Shown: positions 1-12,656 of the stretch, piece by piece
Layout of the letters: each line of letters opens with the position of its first letter
How positions within the stretch are numbered: the stretch's first letter is position 1
Source of the DNA: Tubulanus polymorphus
Lineage: Eukaryota; Animalia; Nemertea
Length of the DNA stretch: 64,000 bases
Assembly (NCBI RefSeq): GCF_964204645.1
Contig: NC_134027.1
Span: forward strand, 23,708,560-23,772,559
Reading direction: 5' to 3'
The notes under the pieces: model-generated
What the model was told of the DNA's origin: nothing
Database searches by the model: none
Seen by the model: only the letters and a program-made list of their open reading frames with translations
Translations under genes and position numbers: made by a program

Positions 1-410
1 CCCAGTTCCACAATTGTGTGGTTCTAATTCAATTCTGGATCCAGTTCCACAGTTGTGTGGCTCTTATTTAATTCTAGACCCAGTTCCACAGTTGTGTGGG
101 TTTATTTTGACTCTGAACCAAGTTCCACAGTTGTGTGGGTTTGACTTTATACCCAGTTCCACAGTTGTGTGGCTCTTATTTAATTCTGGACCCAGTTCCA
201 CAGTTGCGTGAGTTTAATTTGACTTCGGATCTAGTTTCACAGTTGTGTGGATTTAGTTTGACTCAGGATCCAATTCCACAGTTGTATAGGTCCAATTTGA
301 CTTCCAACCCGGGTCCACGTTGTGTGGGTTTAATTCGACTCCGAAGATCCAGTTCCGCAGTCGCACGAGTTTAATATGACTTCGGACCACGGTTCCAGTA
401 GAATTAAACC
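1..410 (+). repeat. ~39-40 bp tandem satellite (CCAGTTCCACAGTTGTGTGGGTTTAATTTGACTCTGGAT family)
   Basis: About 10 consecutive degenerate copies of ccagttccacagttgtg at ~39-40 bp spacing. The DPVPQLCG-type ORFs are its translation. Confidence 0.95.
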
Positions 411-983
411 CGCACAAAGTCCGCAAACACGAAGTCATAAATGAATCCATCTCGAGATCAAACGTACGACTAATTGAATTTTCGTTAATAGCCCGCGAGG
501 GCGGCGCGAACGTCAATACGTATTAAAATCGTTTGTGCGACTGAAGAACGCGGGCGTCATCTTTATAAACCGATACCGCGAGCAAGCGCGCGAGAATGAA
601 GGAAAACATCAATCGCATACATTTTCAAAGAGAAATAAAATGTCAATCGAAAATCAATCAGCCGACACCGAGGCTGAATTTTCTTTCATCTGATATAATA
701 TTACGCCGACTTAAAGTTAATTCAATTCCAGACGAGGAAAAATGACGAAGACCTATATATCTCATCATCCTCCCCTGTGGCGAGGATTCGAACTTGACTC
801 GGCATCGCTCGACTCGGCCACGGCACGGAACCCCGCCACCCTAGACCGGGAACGCAGGTTTTTTCGCACAAAAAACTTGCGGCACCAATTAGATCGCCTG
901 TCTTTAATCGCAGAGGCAAATTTCACAGAAAAACTATAATTGGAAGATTACAGGCAGACATATCAAATATATAGACCGGAACT

Positions 984-1581
984 CAGGGCTGCCAACCAAT
1001 AAGTGCTACATTTTTTTGAGCAACATTTCAATGAAATATGAAAGTAAATGTTCAAATTAATCAGTAATCAACAGTAAGACCCTCATTAACATCTTTCATA
1101 TTTCTGTTCAAATTGATCAGTTATCAACGGTAAGACCCTCATTAACATCTTTCATATTTCTGTTCAAAATGATCAGTTATCAACAGTAAGACCCTCAGTA
1201 ACATCTTTCATATTTCTGTTGAAATTAATCAGTAATCAACAGTAAGACCCTCAGTAATATCTTTCATATTTCTGTTCAAATTAATCAGTAATCAACAGTA
1301 AGACCCTCAGTAACATCTTTCATATTTCTGTTCAAATTAACCAGTAATCAACAGTAAGACCCTCAGCAACATCTTTCATATTTCTGTTGAAATTAATCAG
1401 TAATCTACAGTAAGACCCTCAGTAACATCTTTTATATTACTGTTCAAACTAATCAGTAATCAACAGTAAGACCCTCAGTAACATCTTTCATATTTCTGTA
1501 TGCATCGAACAAATCGAATCAGTATTTTTCGTTACAAAATAACAATAAATATTGGAAATCAGGAACGGTTTGACAGCTCTG
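984..1581. mobile_element. hAT-like MITE (CAGGGCTGCCAAC termini) with an internal ~58-bp tandem array
   Basis: Starts CAGGGCTGCCAAC and ends GTTTGACAGCTCTG. Flanked by the direct repeat GGAACT (978-983 and 1582-1587). A shorter copy lies at 20579-20795. Confidence 0.8.
1050..1500 (+). repeat. ~58-bp minisatellite (TTTCATATTTCTGTTCAAATTAATCAGTAATCAACAGTAAGACCCTCAGTAACATC)
   Basis: About 8 tandem copies read directly. Confidence 0.95.
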
Positions 1582-2746
1582 GGAACTCGTAACCTACAGT
1601 CCGGTTAACGGATATATCACTGTTGAGATCTCAATCTATCCGGCTGATTGCTGATTGCTGATTTCCTTGGATAAACATTAACTTTCTACACAATTTATCT
1701 GAAGTGTCGAGACAAAAATTTCACGTCCACACGGTGATAGCGCGCGCAGTTAATTCGGCAGCCGTTCATCGGCGAAAAGTCTATCGCAACTCGGAGCCAT
1801 CGAATACTGAGTAAGAGGCTCGTGGAGTAGACTCCATCTCGTACTCGGTAAAGTTGGTAAAATTTGTGTTCGGACTAAAAGCTGAATAAAATGCCACCAC
1901 CGAGTCGGGCGCCGTACACCGAGAACGACAGCCCAACCTAAATATAGGGGACTGTAGTTCGAGTTCTGGAAAATAGCAGGCGAATTGTCGACTTACTTTA
2001 CTAAAATATCAGGCCAGAGCCGAGGGGGAGGGGGAGAGTGGGTTCGGGGTTAGCGAACAAACCCCATAAAGTTTTCAGTCACCTTCGAAAAAAAATTTGG
2101 GTAAAGATTTTTCGAAGTTTGGATACCATTTTCATATTTTTTTTTTTTTGGAAAATGAAAAGCAAACCATTCTCAAATAATTTTTTCAGGTACTTCATGC
2201 ACAAGATCTTACTGTCGCAAAGAGTGCCCCTTTTAACGGAAAAAAGTGTCCTTTTTCTTGAAATAGAACTGCGCCTCAAAAAACGAGCTTCCCTAATTCT
2301 TTCCTAAGTTAGGGTTCAACAGTAAGAGTTGTCAACATTGCGTCAAAATGTCTCAAAAAATGAAAGCTCCGACTTAGACCGGCGATCAGTAATAATCGAT
2401 CGGGGTCTCATCGCGGTAGGGGCAAACGCGCCCGGTACCGAGGGAACGAAAGCGACGCATCCAATTCGAGCTCGCATTCCCAAGAGCTCTCTCTCTCGCG
2501 TAATAACGCAAACACTCGTCTATATTAAACGGGGTAAAAAAAAGCCGCCATCACACGCGACGACCGGTATGGAAATTTATGCACACGAATTCGCGGCGAG
2601 CAAATATCGGTGCTCGAGTATATCATCGGAAAACGTTTTAATCGACCGAGACGTCATCGAGACGTTTTAAAAAGGCGATCCGCGAAACGTGATCAATCCG
2701 TTTTTAATTCGAAACTGTGAATAACGTATATACGATGCGCGTACTG

Positions 2747-2805
2747 CCATATTTTGATGACATGACGTGTGTATCACGGAGACACCGCTCTGATGAATGA
2801 ATCGG

Positions 2806-2887
<82 letters not shown>

Positions 2888-2961
2888 CCGATTCATACAA
2901 CAGATCCGATTCATACATCAGATCGGTGTCTCCGTGATACACACATGTCATCAAAATATGG
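2747..2961. repeat. Inverted repeat centred on a (TA)n microsatellite
   Basis: Arm CCATATTTTGATGACATG...GAGACACCG..TGAATCGGATTAT and its reverse complement flank ~80 bp of (TA)n at 2807-2886. Confidence 0.9.
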
Positions 2962-2967
2962 ATTCCA

Positions 2968-3170
2968 TTTGTGGAAAGTGAGGGTCTACCATCAGCAGCT
3001 GGTTCAGTCCCTACAACTGTGGCAAGTGAGGATCTACCAGGTTCATCAGTAGCTGGTTCAGTCCCTGTTCTAACGGGGTACAACACCAACTATGTTACTG
3101 TGGCAAGTGAGGTTTCCACTTGTGACATGTGAGGATCTATACAGGTTCATCAGAAGCTAGTTCAGTCCAT
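2968..3170 (+). repeat. Degenerate ~50-bp tandem repeat
   Basis: GTGGCAAGTGAGGATCTACC...TCATCAG.AGCTGGTTCAGTCC recurs 3-4 times. Confidence 0.7.
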
Positions 3171-4300
3171 ATTCTAAAGCGGGTAAAAATACCGATACCA
3201 GCAGCAATGATGCTATTCTACCAAAACCATAAAGGACTTCTTAAAACAGTATGGAAACTGATCATGGTGGACAATATTGGTCGACTAAAAATCAGTCTGT
3301 TTTCACAACAGCAAACAAATATTTCGAATAAAATCTTTCCAAAATTAAGCATTTTCAGACTGCGTCCGACTCGGTTCAACTAAGCAGCGCACACGCCGAC
3401 ATTCGAACAGCGGTACAAGGCCTACATCAGTCAGTGCGGTTTATCGAAACAAATGAATAAAGTCGCTTTTTTGACAGTCGCTCGTCGTGCCGACAGTGTT
3501 GTTATTGGTGAAAATTCACCTACTCTCCAATAGTCCCACTCTCCCCTCTCCCTCTCCCCTCTCCCTCCCCCTCTCTCTCCCCCTCTCGCGTGCGCGATGA
3601 CGACGACGACAAAATTTTTTCATATCACGCCATTAGCGAGATGGCCTAATGCGTCGACATTTAAAGACCGTCGAGTCAGCGCTGTAGCACAGGAGTCACC
3701 GTGAGGTATGGTGCAGGAAATGTCAAATGGTGATATACAGTGTTCAGTCTCCACACCAGGTATCAGAGGAGCTGCGAACAGCCCTTTGATTTTTACATCC
3801 GCCCCTCTAAAAATCAGCCACCACTTCCGCTGCCCCTACCAGAGTGGATGTCAATATTTTATTAATGAATTGCTTTGAAATGTAGTGATACGATTTTAGC
3901 TTTTTAAGAATTTAGCTGAATTTTCTGGCCGATCCAAATTTGGCCCTGGCCATACAGGCACCGGCCCATTTTGGGACCCGTGTGAACAGTAATTCCGCGC
4001 CCAAATTTGGCCCTGGCCATAAACGCTCGTGTGATCGCGGCTATAGACTGAACATGGATTCTAGGACCTTAGTCTTGCACATAAAACGAGTTAACATGGC
4101 TCCCTCCATACGCGCCCCTTATGACATCATAATCATCATAGAAACCGTCGGCCGGTAAACATGGCTGCCTCCATTGAAAACTTGCCGGTAAATATAACGC
4201 CAGACCGGACCGCCTAATATCTCTAATCACGCGAAGAAATGAGAAGACGGTTTATAAATACGTTTTCTGGGAGAGCTGGGAAAAAGGATTGCAATGCGAA

Positions 4301-4378
4301 AGAGAGAGAGAGAGAGAGAGAGAGGAGAGCTGATAAGAGAGGATAGGGTGGGAGAGGAGAGAGAAGCAGAGAGAGGAA
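4301..4378. repeat. (GA)n / purine-rich microsatellite
   Basis: agagagag tract; a complementary CT-rich tract lies at 3538-3588. Confidence 0.85.
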
Positions 4379-5200
4379 GCCAAATTTTTCGTTTGTAGTA
4401 TTATGATGAATTACTCGTGTGGATAAAAAGCCATATTTTCAGAGCCGTTCGCAGAAACATTCCAGGTTTTCACAGCAAAGCCGAGCCACGGCACACACGT
4501 ACGCACACGCGTCTAAAAAACACGAAAGTTTTTTATTCCTTTATTTCTAGACAATGGATATTGTTTTTTTTTCAGTCACGTACTATACGCGCGCGCAGAT
4601 AGACACAGTGACAAATGAACGGCAGCCGGCTCGCGTGCAAACAACAACAACAACAACGCCCAAAAATTCACGATGATAATAACGGATCGCGCAGATTCCG
4701 CCCTCCGACGACGAAACAACACCTACAAATACTAATTTACCGAAACTTTGATGGCGGAATAAAACGATATTATATATATACGTATCCGATGTCGAATGTA
4801 CTAATGAACGACGATGTTCGATACTCGCCACGCCCTAGCCTAAACCGTCTATGTATACGGGGCGTATATATTTCGACGTCGTAAAAAAAAAAGAAATAAA
4901 ACTCGGGTTAATATAAATTCATGATTTGCCGGCTTTTAGATGTATGTAAGTTCTAGCCGCGATCGCGCTTGAACGTTTTTGGCCCGGTCCGAATAAGACT
5001 CGGATCGACTGTTCACACGGGCGCCGAATGGGCCCGACGAAAACGTCGGACCAGGCCCGAGCCGAACTTTAGCACGGGACAAATTAACACGTTCGAATTG
5101 CGACTGGCATCTGAGTGACTCATTTCGCTTAACTCCAATTTTTTATTTTCATTTCTTAAGCTTTATCGCAAAATTCATTGTTCGTCCGATTCGTTATTTG

Positions 5201-5454
5201 CAGGGGCGTATCCAGGTTCAAAGCACTTGAGGAATCTAGGGCCTTTAACTAAGCTTCGCGACAACTTCGTCCTTCAAACACACGCGATGATGTTTTAGAT
5301 ATTCGAGTATTGGTAAAACAGCTCGACATTGCCACTACAATGTTTTGGTATTTTGGTCTTCAGAAAATATTCAATGCGGAATATTTCAGGATGGAATTTT
5401 TAAGGGACCTCAAAATCTTAGGGGGTTCCACGTGCACCCCAGGATCCGCAACTG
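5201..5454. mobile_element. hAT-like MITE (CAGGGGCGTATCCAGG ... GGATCCGCAACTG)
   Basis: Imperfect terminal inverted repeats; flanks ATTTG/ATTTA suggest a 5-bp TSD. Confidence 0.55.
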
Positions 5455-5859
5455 ATTTATCATTCGTTTTTATCATTAATTAATCACCATCTTAATCATA
5501 CATCATTTTTTCTGTAATTATCATCATTGCGTTAATGACATCGTCATCCTTTCAGTCTTGTTCTTGTAATTATCATCCTTACCGAGATGAAATCTACGCG
5601 TTCGTTTGCACTTCGCACGTGGGCACCAGTAGCGCCCGCGGCCCCGTAGACTTCAATCTCGAGAAAAAAAAAACTAATTTCGTAAGTTCTAAATGAGTAT
5701 CATATTATGTCATCCATACACTGTGGTTCCCACAGTAACACGAATGAAAAACTCCCTGATATGAGTCACACAATTCATAATCATATATATAGGCCTATCT
5801 ACAATCTCATATCGAAATGTTCGTAATATTCTATATCTCTTACTACCTGAAATAATTAA

Positions 5860-5869
5860 TAATAATCAA

Positions 5870-5900
<31 letters not shown>
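5860..5900. repeat. (AAT)n microsatellite
   Basis: aataataat tract read directly. Confidence 0.9.
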
Positions 5901-7869
5901 TGATGTTACTATTACTATTTTGATTATTATTGAGTATTTCACAGAAATTTTGACGAACGTTTTGATCTGAATTTGTAGATGTATATGATTATAAATTGTC
6001 TGACTTGTATCAGGGCGACACGTGGATGATTTTTCAAATTTCCAGAAAATGGATTATTGGGGCCTTCGTTAAAAAAGTGTACAGACACCAAAATCATCAG
6101 ACAACAGGATACCATCATAGGACATACTACACTCAACAGTTTAGTGGCGCAAATTGACAAGATTAAAGCGAAATTCATTTATCAATAAAGGACCATGGGT
6201 CCAGTAGGATCAACTGAGTACATTTTAGTTTTGAGCACAAAAATCGATTTGTTCTTGGATTTGCAATAACGTATAAACAGCTGATAAAGATGAGATCATG
6301 GTGCACTTTGTAGCAAGCATGTTCAACTTAGATGATATACATGGTAATGGGTTTTCCCTATGAGTTACGAGAACATGGTAGAAAACAGTTCTTGTTAAGA
6401 GGGATTCCCAAGTGATGCCCTTGTGGAGGGCTTTCCCTGTTTTGTCATGAAACTAGGTCAAGCATCGATTAATAGAATGGGGAAAAATTCATTTAGATTT
6501 TGCACATTTTCTCCAAGCACTTCCAAACGACTTAGAGCTGATGGACGAAACTTGCCATATCAATTCCACCACCTATTTCCCTCCTAATGACAAAATATCA
6601 GCTGTTTATATCCAGCGGTTACAATTTGTGCCACCAAGAGCAAAACAGAAAGTTACTCTCAGAACCATTCTATAAGGCTCAACACAGTTGATCCTAAAGA
6701 TCTAAATCGAAAGTTTTAAAAAAAGGCGCAACGTTTCAGACCGTTTCCCTCTCTCCATCGAGATCATCGCCGCGCGATGTTGTTAAATGAGAAGGTACAA
6801 TAATACCGAGGTGTTTGTAGTTGAATTGATTCCTGTTGATCAATCACCGATAGTACGTATATATACGGGAACTGTATAGATAAAGCTGAACAAACGTTCG
6901 AACATTAATTTTTACCACACGAGATTTATAGATTCATATCTTGTTGAAGTTTTATGTTCGAATAAAACATGACCGACGGCGACTGGACGTGAATTATTGT
7001 TTTCATATCAGGCGTAGATAGTGTATGAAATGAACACGGGGGCATTGTGCAGTCAATAAATATATCAGGAATACACCAGGGCGAATGTCAGGGTCGCACC
7101 CAGGATTCTGTCGGGGAAAGAGCACGTGATGAATAAATCCTGTATTCCAGCACATGGAAGGGGGGTTGGTGGACTCCCCCAGAAGATTGGAACTGGTTCC
7201 TGCATAACTGTGGAACTGGGTCCCACATCACTGCGGAACTGGGTCCCGTGTCACTGCGGAACTATAAATCCAGACAAAAGCACCTGCTAACCTACCACCG
7301 ATATGTCACTGAAATTTTAGCAGTTGTAACTAGATAACATCAAGGCTCTAGAGTACTAACAGGCTATGAACACGAATACGTTTATACAATATAATCATAG
7401 TTTTTCTTCCCTTGCAGACATTTGAAATCGATACCACTGTCAGACTACCCCAGAACCCTTTCCTTCTCAACAGGTATCATTCATACCAAAAATACATAAA
7501 TGTATTTATGTATTTTTTGTTCATACGTGTTTCCTTTGCAATTCTTATTCGTATTCCCAACCTGAAATTTCAGTACAGATCGGCGACATACTGGTCATAA
7601 ATTATGATTGACGATTTTTTCCAATAAAACTTGTGTAGTCTCGCCATGCATACCTAATCTACCTGCATGGAATAAACCGGTTAATTTGCGATGATGCCAT
7701 AATTACATTTTGCGTAATGAATATGAATTAGGTACAGTCGAAATCATATTGCGTTTATGGGCAGGGGGGTGATTTATCCTAATGCAGACATAATACCAAA
7801 TGTAATATATTAGGCCTAGATCGAATTGACGATAAAACCAATTTCTTCAAACAGATTGATTAACCGACA

Positions 7870-8300
7870 TGGAACCGAGTGAAATAAGACCCACACAACT
7901 GTGGAACTGGATTCAGAATGAAATTAAACCCACACAACTACTGTTGAACTGGATTTAGAGTCTAATTAATCTCACACAACTGTGGAACTGGATTCAGGTT
8001 CAAATTAAACCCACACAACTGTGGAACTGGATTCAGAATGAAATTAAACCCACACAACTACTGTTGAACTGGATTTAGAGTCTAATTAATCTCACACAAC
8101 TGTGGAACTGGATCCAGGTTCAAATTAAACCGACACAACTGTGGAACTGGATCTAGGTTCAAATTAAATTTGCACAACCGTAGAAATGGGTCCAGAATGA
8201 AATTGAAACCCACACAACTACGGAACTGGGTCCGTAGTCGGATAAAACCCCTCGATCCAGAGCCAAAATAAACCCACACAACTGTGAAACTGGATCAAGA
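7870..8300 (-). repeat. ~40-bp satellite array (reverse orientation of the 1-410 family)
   Basis: Repeated cacacaactgtggaactgga, including an exact ~120-bp three-unit duplication. Confidence 0.93.
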
Positions 8301-8639
8301 ACAGGGTTAAATCAGACCCTATAGAAGTTGAAGTAATTCCAGAATTCTTATTTGTCTAGCGCAGGTTTTGATACCCAAGACTGAACAGAACCCACTATTG
8401 GTTACCATAGAAACAAGGCGTCCGGGCTGTGTATCTTTTGTAACGCCAGCGCGACCAATGGGTATTTGAGAATTATGTCTGATAATCTCGTAAACTAAAC
8501 TGATCATAAACTAAGCCCTTAAACTGTGTCGAATCTAAAACCTGCATCAGACTAAAATTCTTAATTCTCTTATGTCACTTTATGATGAAATTTGCTAAAT
8601 GCGAATAAATCAGTAAGTAGGCCAAGTCAACAGGACAAT

Positions 8640-9180
8640 GGCCCTCAGTAATTACCCCTTCATATTTCTGTTCAAATTAATAAGCAATCAACAGTAAGAC
8701 CCTCAGTAACACATTTCATATTTCTGTTCAAATTAATCAGTAATCAAGGGGTAAAACCCTTAGTAACACCTGTCATATTTCCGTTCAAATTGATCAGTAA
8801 TCAACAGTAAGACCATCAGTAACATCTTTCACATTTCTGTCCAAATTAATAAGCAATCAACAGTAAGACCCTCAGTAACATCTTTCACATTTCTGTCCAA
8901 ATTAATAAGCAATCAACAGTAAGACCCTCAGCAACATCTTTCATATTTCTGTTCAAATAAGTCAATAATCAACAGTAAGACCCTCGGTAACATCTTCCAT
9001 ATTTTTATCCAAATTAATCAGTAATCAAGGGTGGTAAGACCCTCAGTAACATCTTTCATATTTCTGTTCAAATAAGTCAGTAATCAACAGTAAGACCCTC
9101 TGTAACATCTTCCATATTTTTATCCAAATAAATCAGTAATCGAGGGGGTAAGACCCTCAGTAACACCTGTCATATTTCTC
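8640..9180 (+). repeat. ~58-bp minisatellite (same family as 1050-1500)
   Basis: About 9 copies of aacagtaagaccctcagtaacatctttcatatttctg. Confidence 0.93.
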
Positions 9181-10688
9181 TGTAATTCCATTTTTAACTT
9201 CTAGGGGATCAACTCGAACGAAATATCATATTCGAGTTTAAATAATAGGCCTAATTAGCTCAGCAAAACTGGGAAATGAGATGAAGGAAGTTTACGTAGC
9301 GATATGATGTACAAAGATAACATTAAAGCCTATGTGGATCTATGACAATAGATTATATTACAATACCATGAAACCGGATAAGCAGGTGTTTCCTAAATAG
9401 CTTTAAGGAAAACAAACAAAAAAAATTAATTCATTTTTCACGGTATTTTCCAACTCACGCGTAATCATATCCTCGGTGTCGATAGATCACGAAAAAAATA
9501 GCAATTTTTTTCTCGTCTAATTCGTAATGCGCTTAATATTGTTAAACGATATTCGGCCCGGGTTTAACTCGTCGGTTTTTAAGTCAGTAAAGGACCATTG
9601 TTCGACGAGTACGCGTTATACCAGCTGCTGCTACTACTCGGTCGGATCAAAATATTCAATATCTGCGATACACAGCGTCGATCAAATGAATAATCAGAGT
9701 CAAAAAAGTCATCAGGAGTAACGAATAGATAGAAGCCGCTGATTCTAAGTCGTTTCTGAATTTTGTTTTTTTCTTTTTATTACTTATAACCATTTCAGTG
9801 GCCACTTTTGGTATATAAGCATATCGCTCCTTTGTATTCCTAGTTATAATAGAATTACTATATTTTGCCCGACTTAAATAAGATTGCATCTATAAGGTAT
9901 CACAAATAATGCGCTTCACGTATCTACGCAAACCGTTTATATCTAATGTATTCGTTATCAAATAATATAAGCACAATCGTATTCAAAAGAAAAAAAAAGA
10001 AATTCATAAAATTGTGCCCTGAAATTAGATTCACATGATTTTCTCCTGCCGTCAGCAAGGCATATTCGAAAAGGCATGAAAAAAATCCGCTGTTTGTGAG
10101 AAGGCAGCTATAGGCCACGCAGCGAAGAATTAACAAGCCAGGTCCCTTTGAAAAACAGGAGGGTCCCATCATATGTCACAGTCCGGGAAATGAAAGCCGG
10201 TTTGAAAAAACAGGCGGGTCCTTTACAAACGACAGACGGGTCAGGGACCTGGGACCTGGCTCTTATTGAAAACACTGCTATTTGTCATCAATAAGTTATA
10301 CACATACATGCGTTTCAATTTGATTTTGAATTTTACTTTTCGGATATAAAAATACATGAATGCGTTTATCGAATTTTTTAATACATGTGATTTTGGGTCA
10401 TCCAGATTTTGGTACACAGAGGGTGTATGTCGTTCGGCTAGTAGAACTCTACAGCCTACCACTACAACGCCGCACGACTCCGGTTTAAAGTCGTAGGCGT
10501 AGATTATATTCTTTTTTTTCAAAGCCGATGAAACTCGGCGCTATAGTCAGCTAGCGGTAGGGCCTACACCGTTTACATTCACCGTGTATATCGGAACGAT
10601 TCTTCGAAAAACTTACATCCAGTTTTCTCAAAACCACGTCTCAGTCGCGACCTAACTATCACCGTATTTTGCTTCGACAAAGGTAGAC

Positions 10689-10970
10689 TTAACCCTTTCA
10701 GTGCGTCTACACCGCAGTGCGGTGTATAAATCAGTGATAGATTTTGCTAGTACACCGCAATGCGGTGTATAGATGTAATTAGTAATTATCTCTCTTGAAA
10801 GATGGCAGCACCTGTCAAACATAGTGAAATATTAGTAACTAACGATACACCGCGCCGCAGTGTAGATGCACTATAGTGGTATTCCCATAATTCAACACAC
10901 TAGGGTGGAATTTTTTAAAATGTTCAAATTATCTCCAGCACTATAGGGTATTAATTAGTCAGCACTGAAA
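10689..10970 (+). mobile_element. piggyBac-type MITE, right end truncated
   Basis: TTAA|CCCTTTCAGTGC start; internal sequence shared with copies at 16300, 27935, 37406 and 45745. Confidence 0.8.
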
Positions 10971-12519
10971 CTCAAGAATCTATGTATAATCAATCTGCCA
11001 GGTGTGGATTTAAGGAATAGGCCTTTTAAAGGTCATGCGACAGATTAAATCGTATTAGCCTATCTGGCATGTAGGCTATAGGCCTATCAGCAATCAAGGT
11101 ATCTTTTGACAACGTTGTGACGATGGATTAGATGCATTGGACAGCATTACCAGGTAGAAATCCTTTCCTCAACCAAGACAGAGAAATGAGATTCCATTAA
11201 AGCCAAAGCCTATTAATATGGCACGAAAAAAGTTCAGAATTCGTTCAGAAAAGGGCAACGAAAACATTTATGGGTCTTGCACAGAGTCTACAAGACCCCG
11301 TGGATCGGCTTCTGATCTGCTGAACTGCAAGGGCTGGATTTTTGCCAATTTTTCCTAGCTGTCCTACATCCTGAAGAAGAATTTGATCTACTTTTCACAA
11401 TAATGCCCTACTTTTCCAATCCAGGAATAATTGGTTAGGTAGGCTAAAGCCTAAGCCCAAAATCATCCTTCAAGCAGATTCGCCACTTTCAGCCTAATCT
11501 ACAGAGGCAGATCCAAGGACTTAAATGAAGGTATTGTAGGTCTTTTCCAATCCCGGAAAAATTTGGTAGGTAGGCCAGCAAATGATATCTAGGCCTCAGC
11601 ATACATAGGCCTATTCAATGTGCTATAGCCAACTTATTCGAAGTGGGTGGGCATTGCTAGGCTAGAAGATCGGCTTCTTTCAGCCTGCTCTACTTTTTAA
11701 TGATTCATAGATTCTCTTGACATTATTCAGTTCCGTGCCAATCTGTCACCCTCTCGCGCAAGCTATATACTGCTGCTGCTGCTGCTGCATGTAATAAACA
11801 TTACCGAACGAATCGCAAATTTCCCCGAGTTAAGTCGACAACATTCATTTCTTTTATGGTCTGGCACGGCAATCTTGGAGTAAATATTTCGATGTCGTAT
11901 AGCCTAGATTAGTCACATAGGGCCTAATTCAAAAATAGGCCTTAGTCATCCTTTTTTAAGGGGTAAGAGGGCCAATAGGCTATACAATGAAAAAATCCAT
12001 AAATGCGCGACAAATTGTGCGCAATTGAATGGGATTTTTAATAATTCGGTTAAGCCCTAGTGAGGGAGGGCCCTACAATTTTCAATCCACACAAAAGTGC
12101 AGGGCAATGACATTTCTGACAAATTCTGACAAATCATCAGGAACTTTTCAAAATTCATCAAAACACGGAGCTTAAATTCCAGCCTTATTTCATCAAGGTC
12201 AATCTACTATTTTTGAAATTTGCGTCTAGGCCTACTACGCGGTCGCACTCTGTCTGACCGAGAGGACGCCCCCACCACCCTACACCAACAGTGCGAATAC
12301 GCTTCTAGGCTACTACCAATATCACGATTACTAGTGCCTACATTGATTTCGGACAAATAAATATGAAGAAACATCGAAAGACGAAATGACAACAACTCAA
12401 CAGACCCAACCCCCAATTCAATTCAATCCACAATGTCATACTGCTGCTGTCAGATTCAGCACCCGGCTGAAATTCAATCAAACCCGAAAAAACCTAAGTT
12501 CGAGCAAAGTCAGACCTAC

Positions 12520-12656
12520 CTGAATTTATCGAAACGAAGCGGGTCGTCTTTGAACATTTTCGGCATATTAATCGCGGCCCCATGTTTGCTATGATAGTCG
12601 CTTAACGCCTTCCAAGAAGCTTCCGAGGTGAGAGCAGTTCGTTTGAAGTCGGCCAT
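12520..12656 (-). CDS. GPI: Glucose-6-phosphate isomerase, coding exon 1 (rest of gene lies left of the window)
   Basis: Translates to MADFKRTALTSEASWKALSDYHSKHGAAINMPKMFKDDPLRFDKFS, then AG|GTAGGT donor (phase 2). Resembles the metazoan GPI N-terminus (LT...W..L..Y........N...LF..D..RF..FS). Too short to appear in the ORF track. Confidence 0.85.

Noticed and set aside
1-410. Regularly spaced ~40-bp repeats as a CRISPR array
   Set aside because: The 'spacers' are homologous to each other, there are no cas genes, and the context is eukaryotic; it is a satellite.
2667-3089. ORFs with YIYIYI runs
   Set aside because: Translation of the (TA)n microsatellite.
4615-4884. 89-aa ORF with poly-Q as a nested gene
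   Set aside because: The poly-Q comes from a (CAA)n tract; no domain, codon pattern or splice support.
10560-10680. FSKNR on the minus strand as GPI exon 2
   Set aside because: Flanking residues (DVSFSKNRSDIHGECK) do not fit the GPI L.DYSKN context and there is no suitable acceptor or phase.
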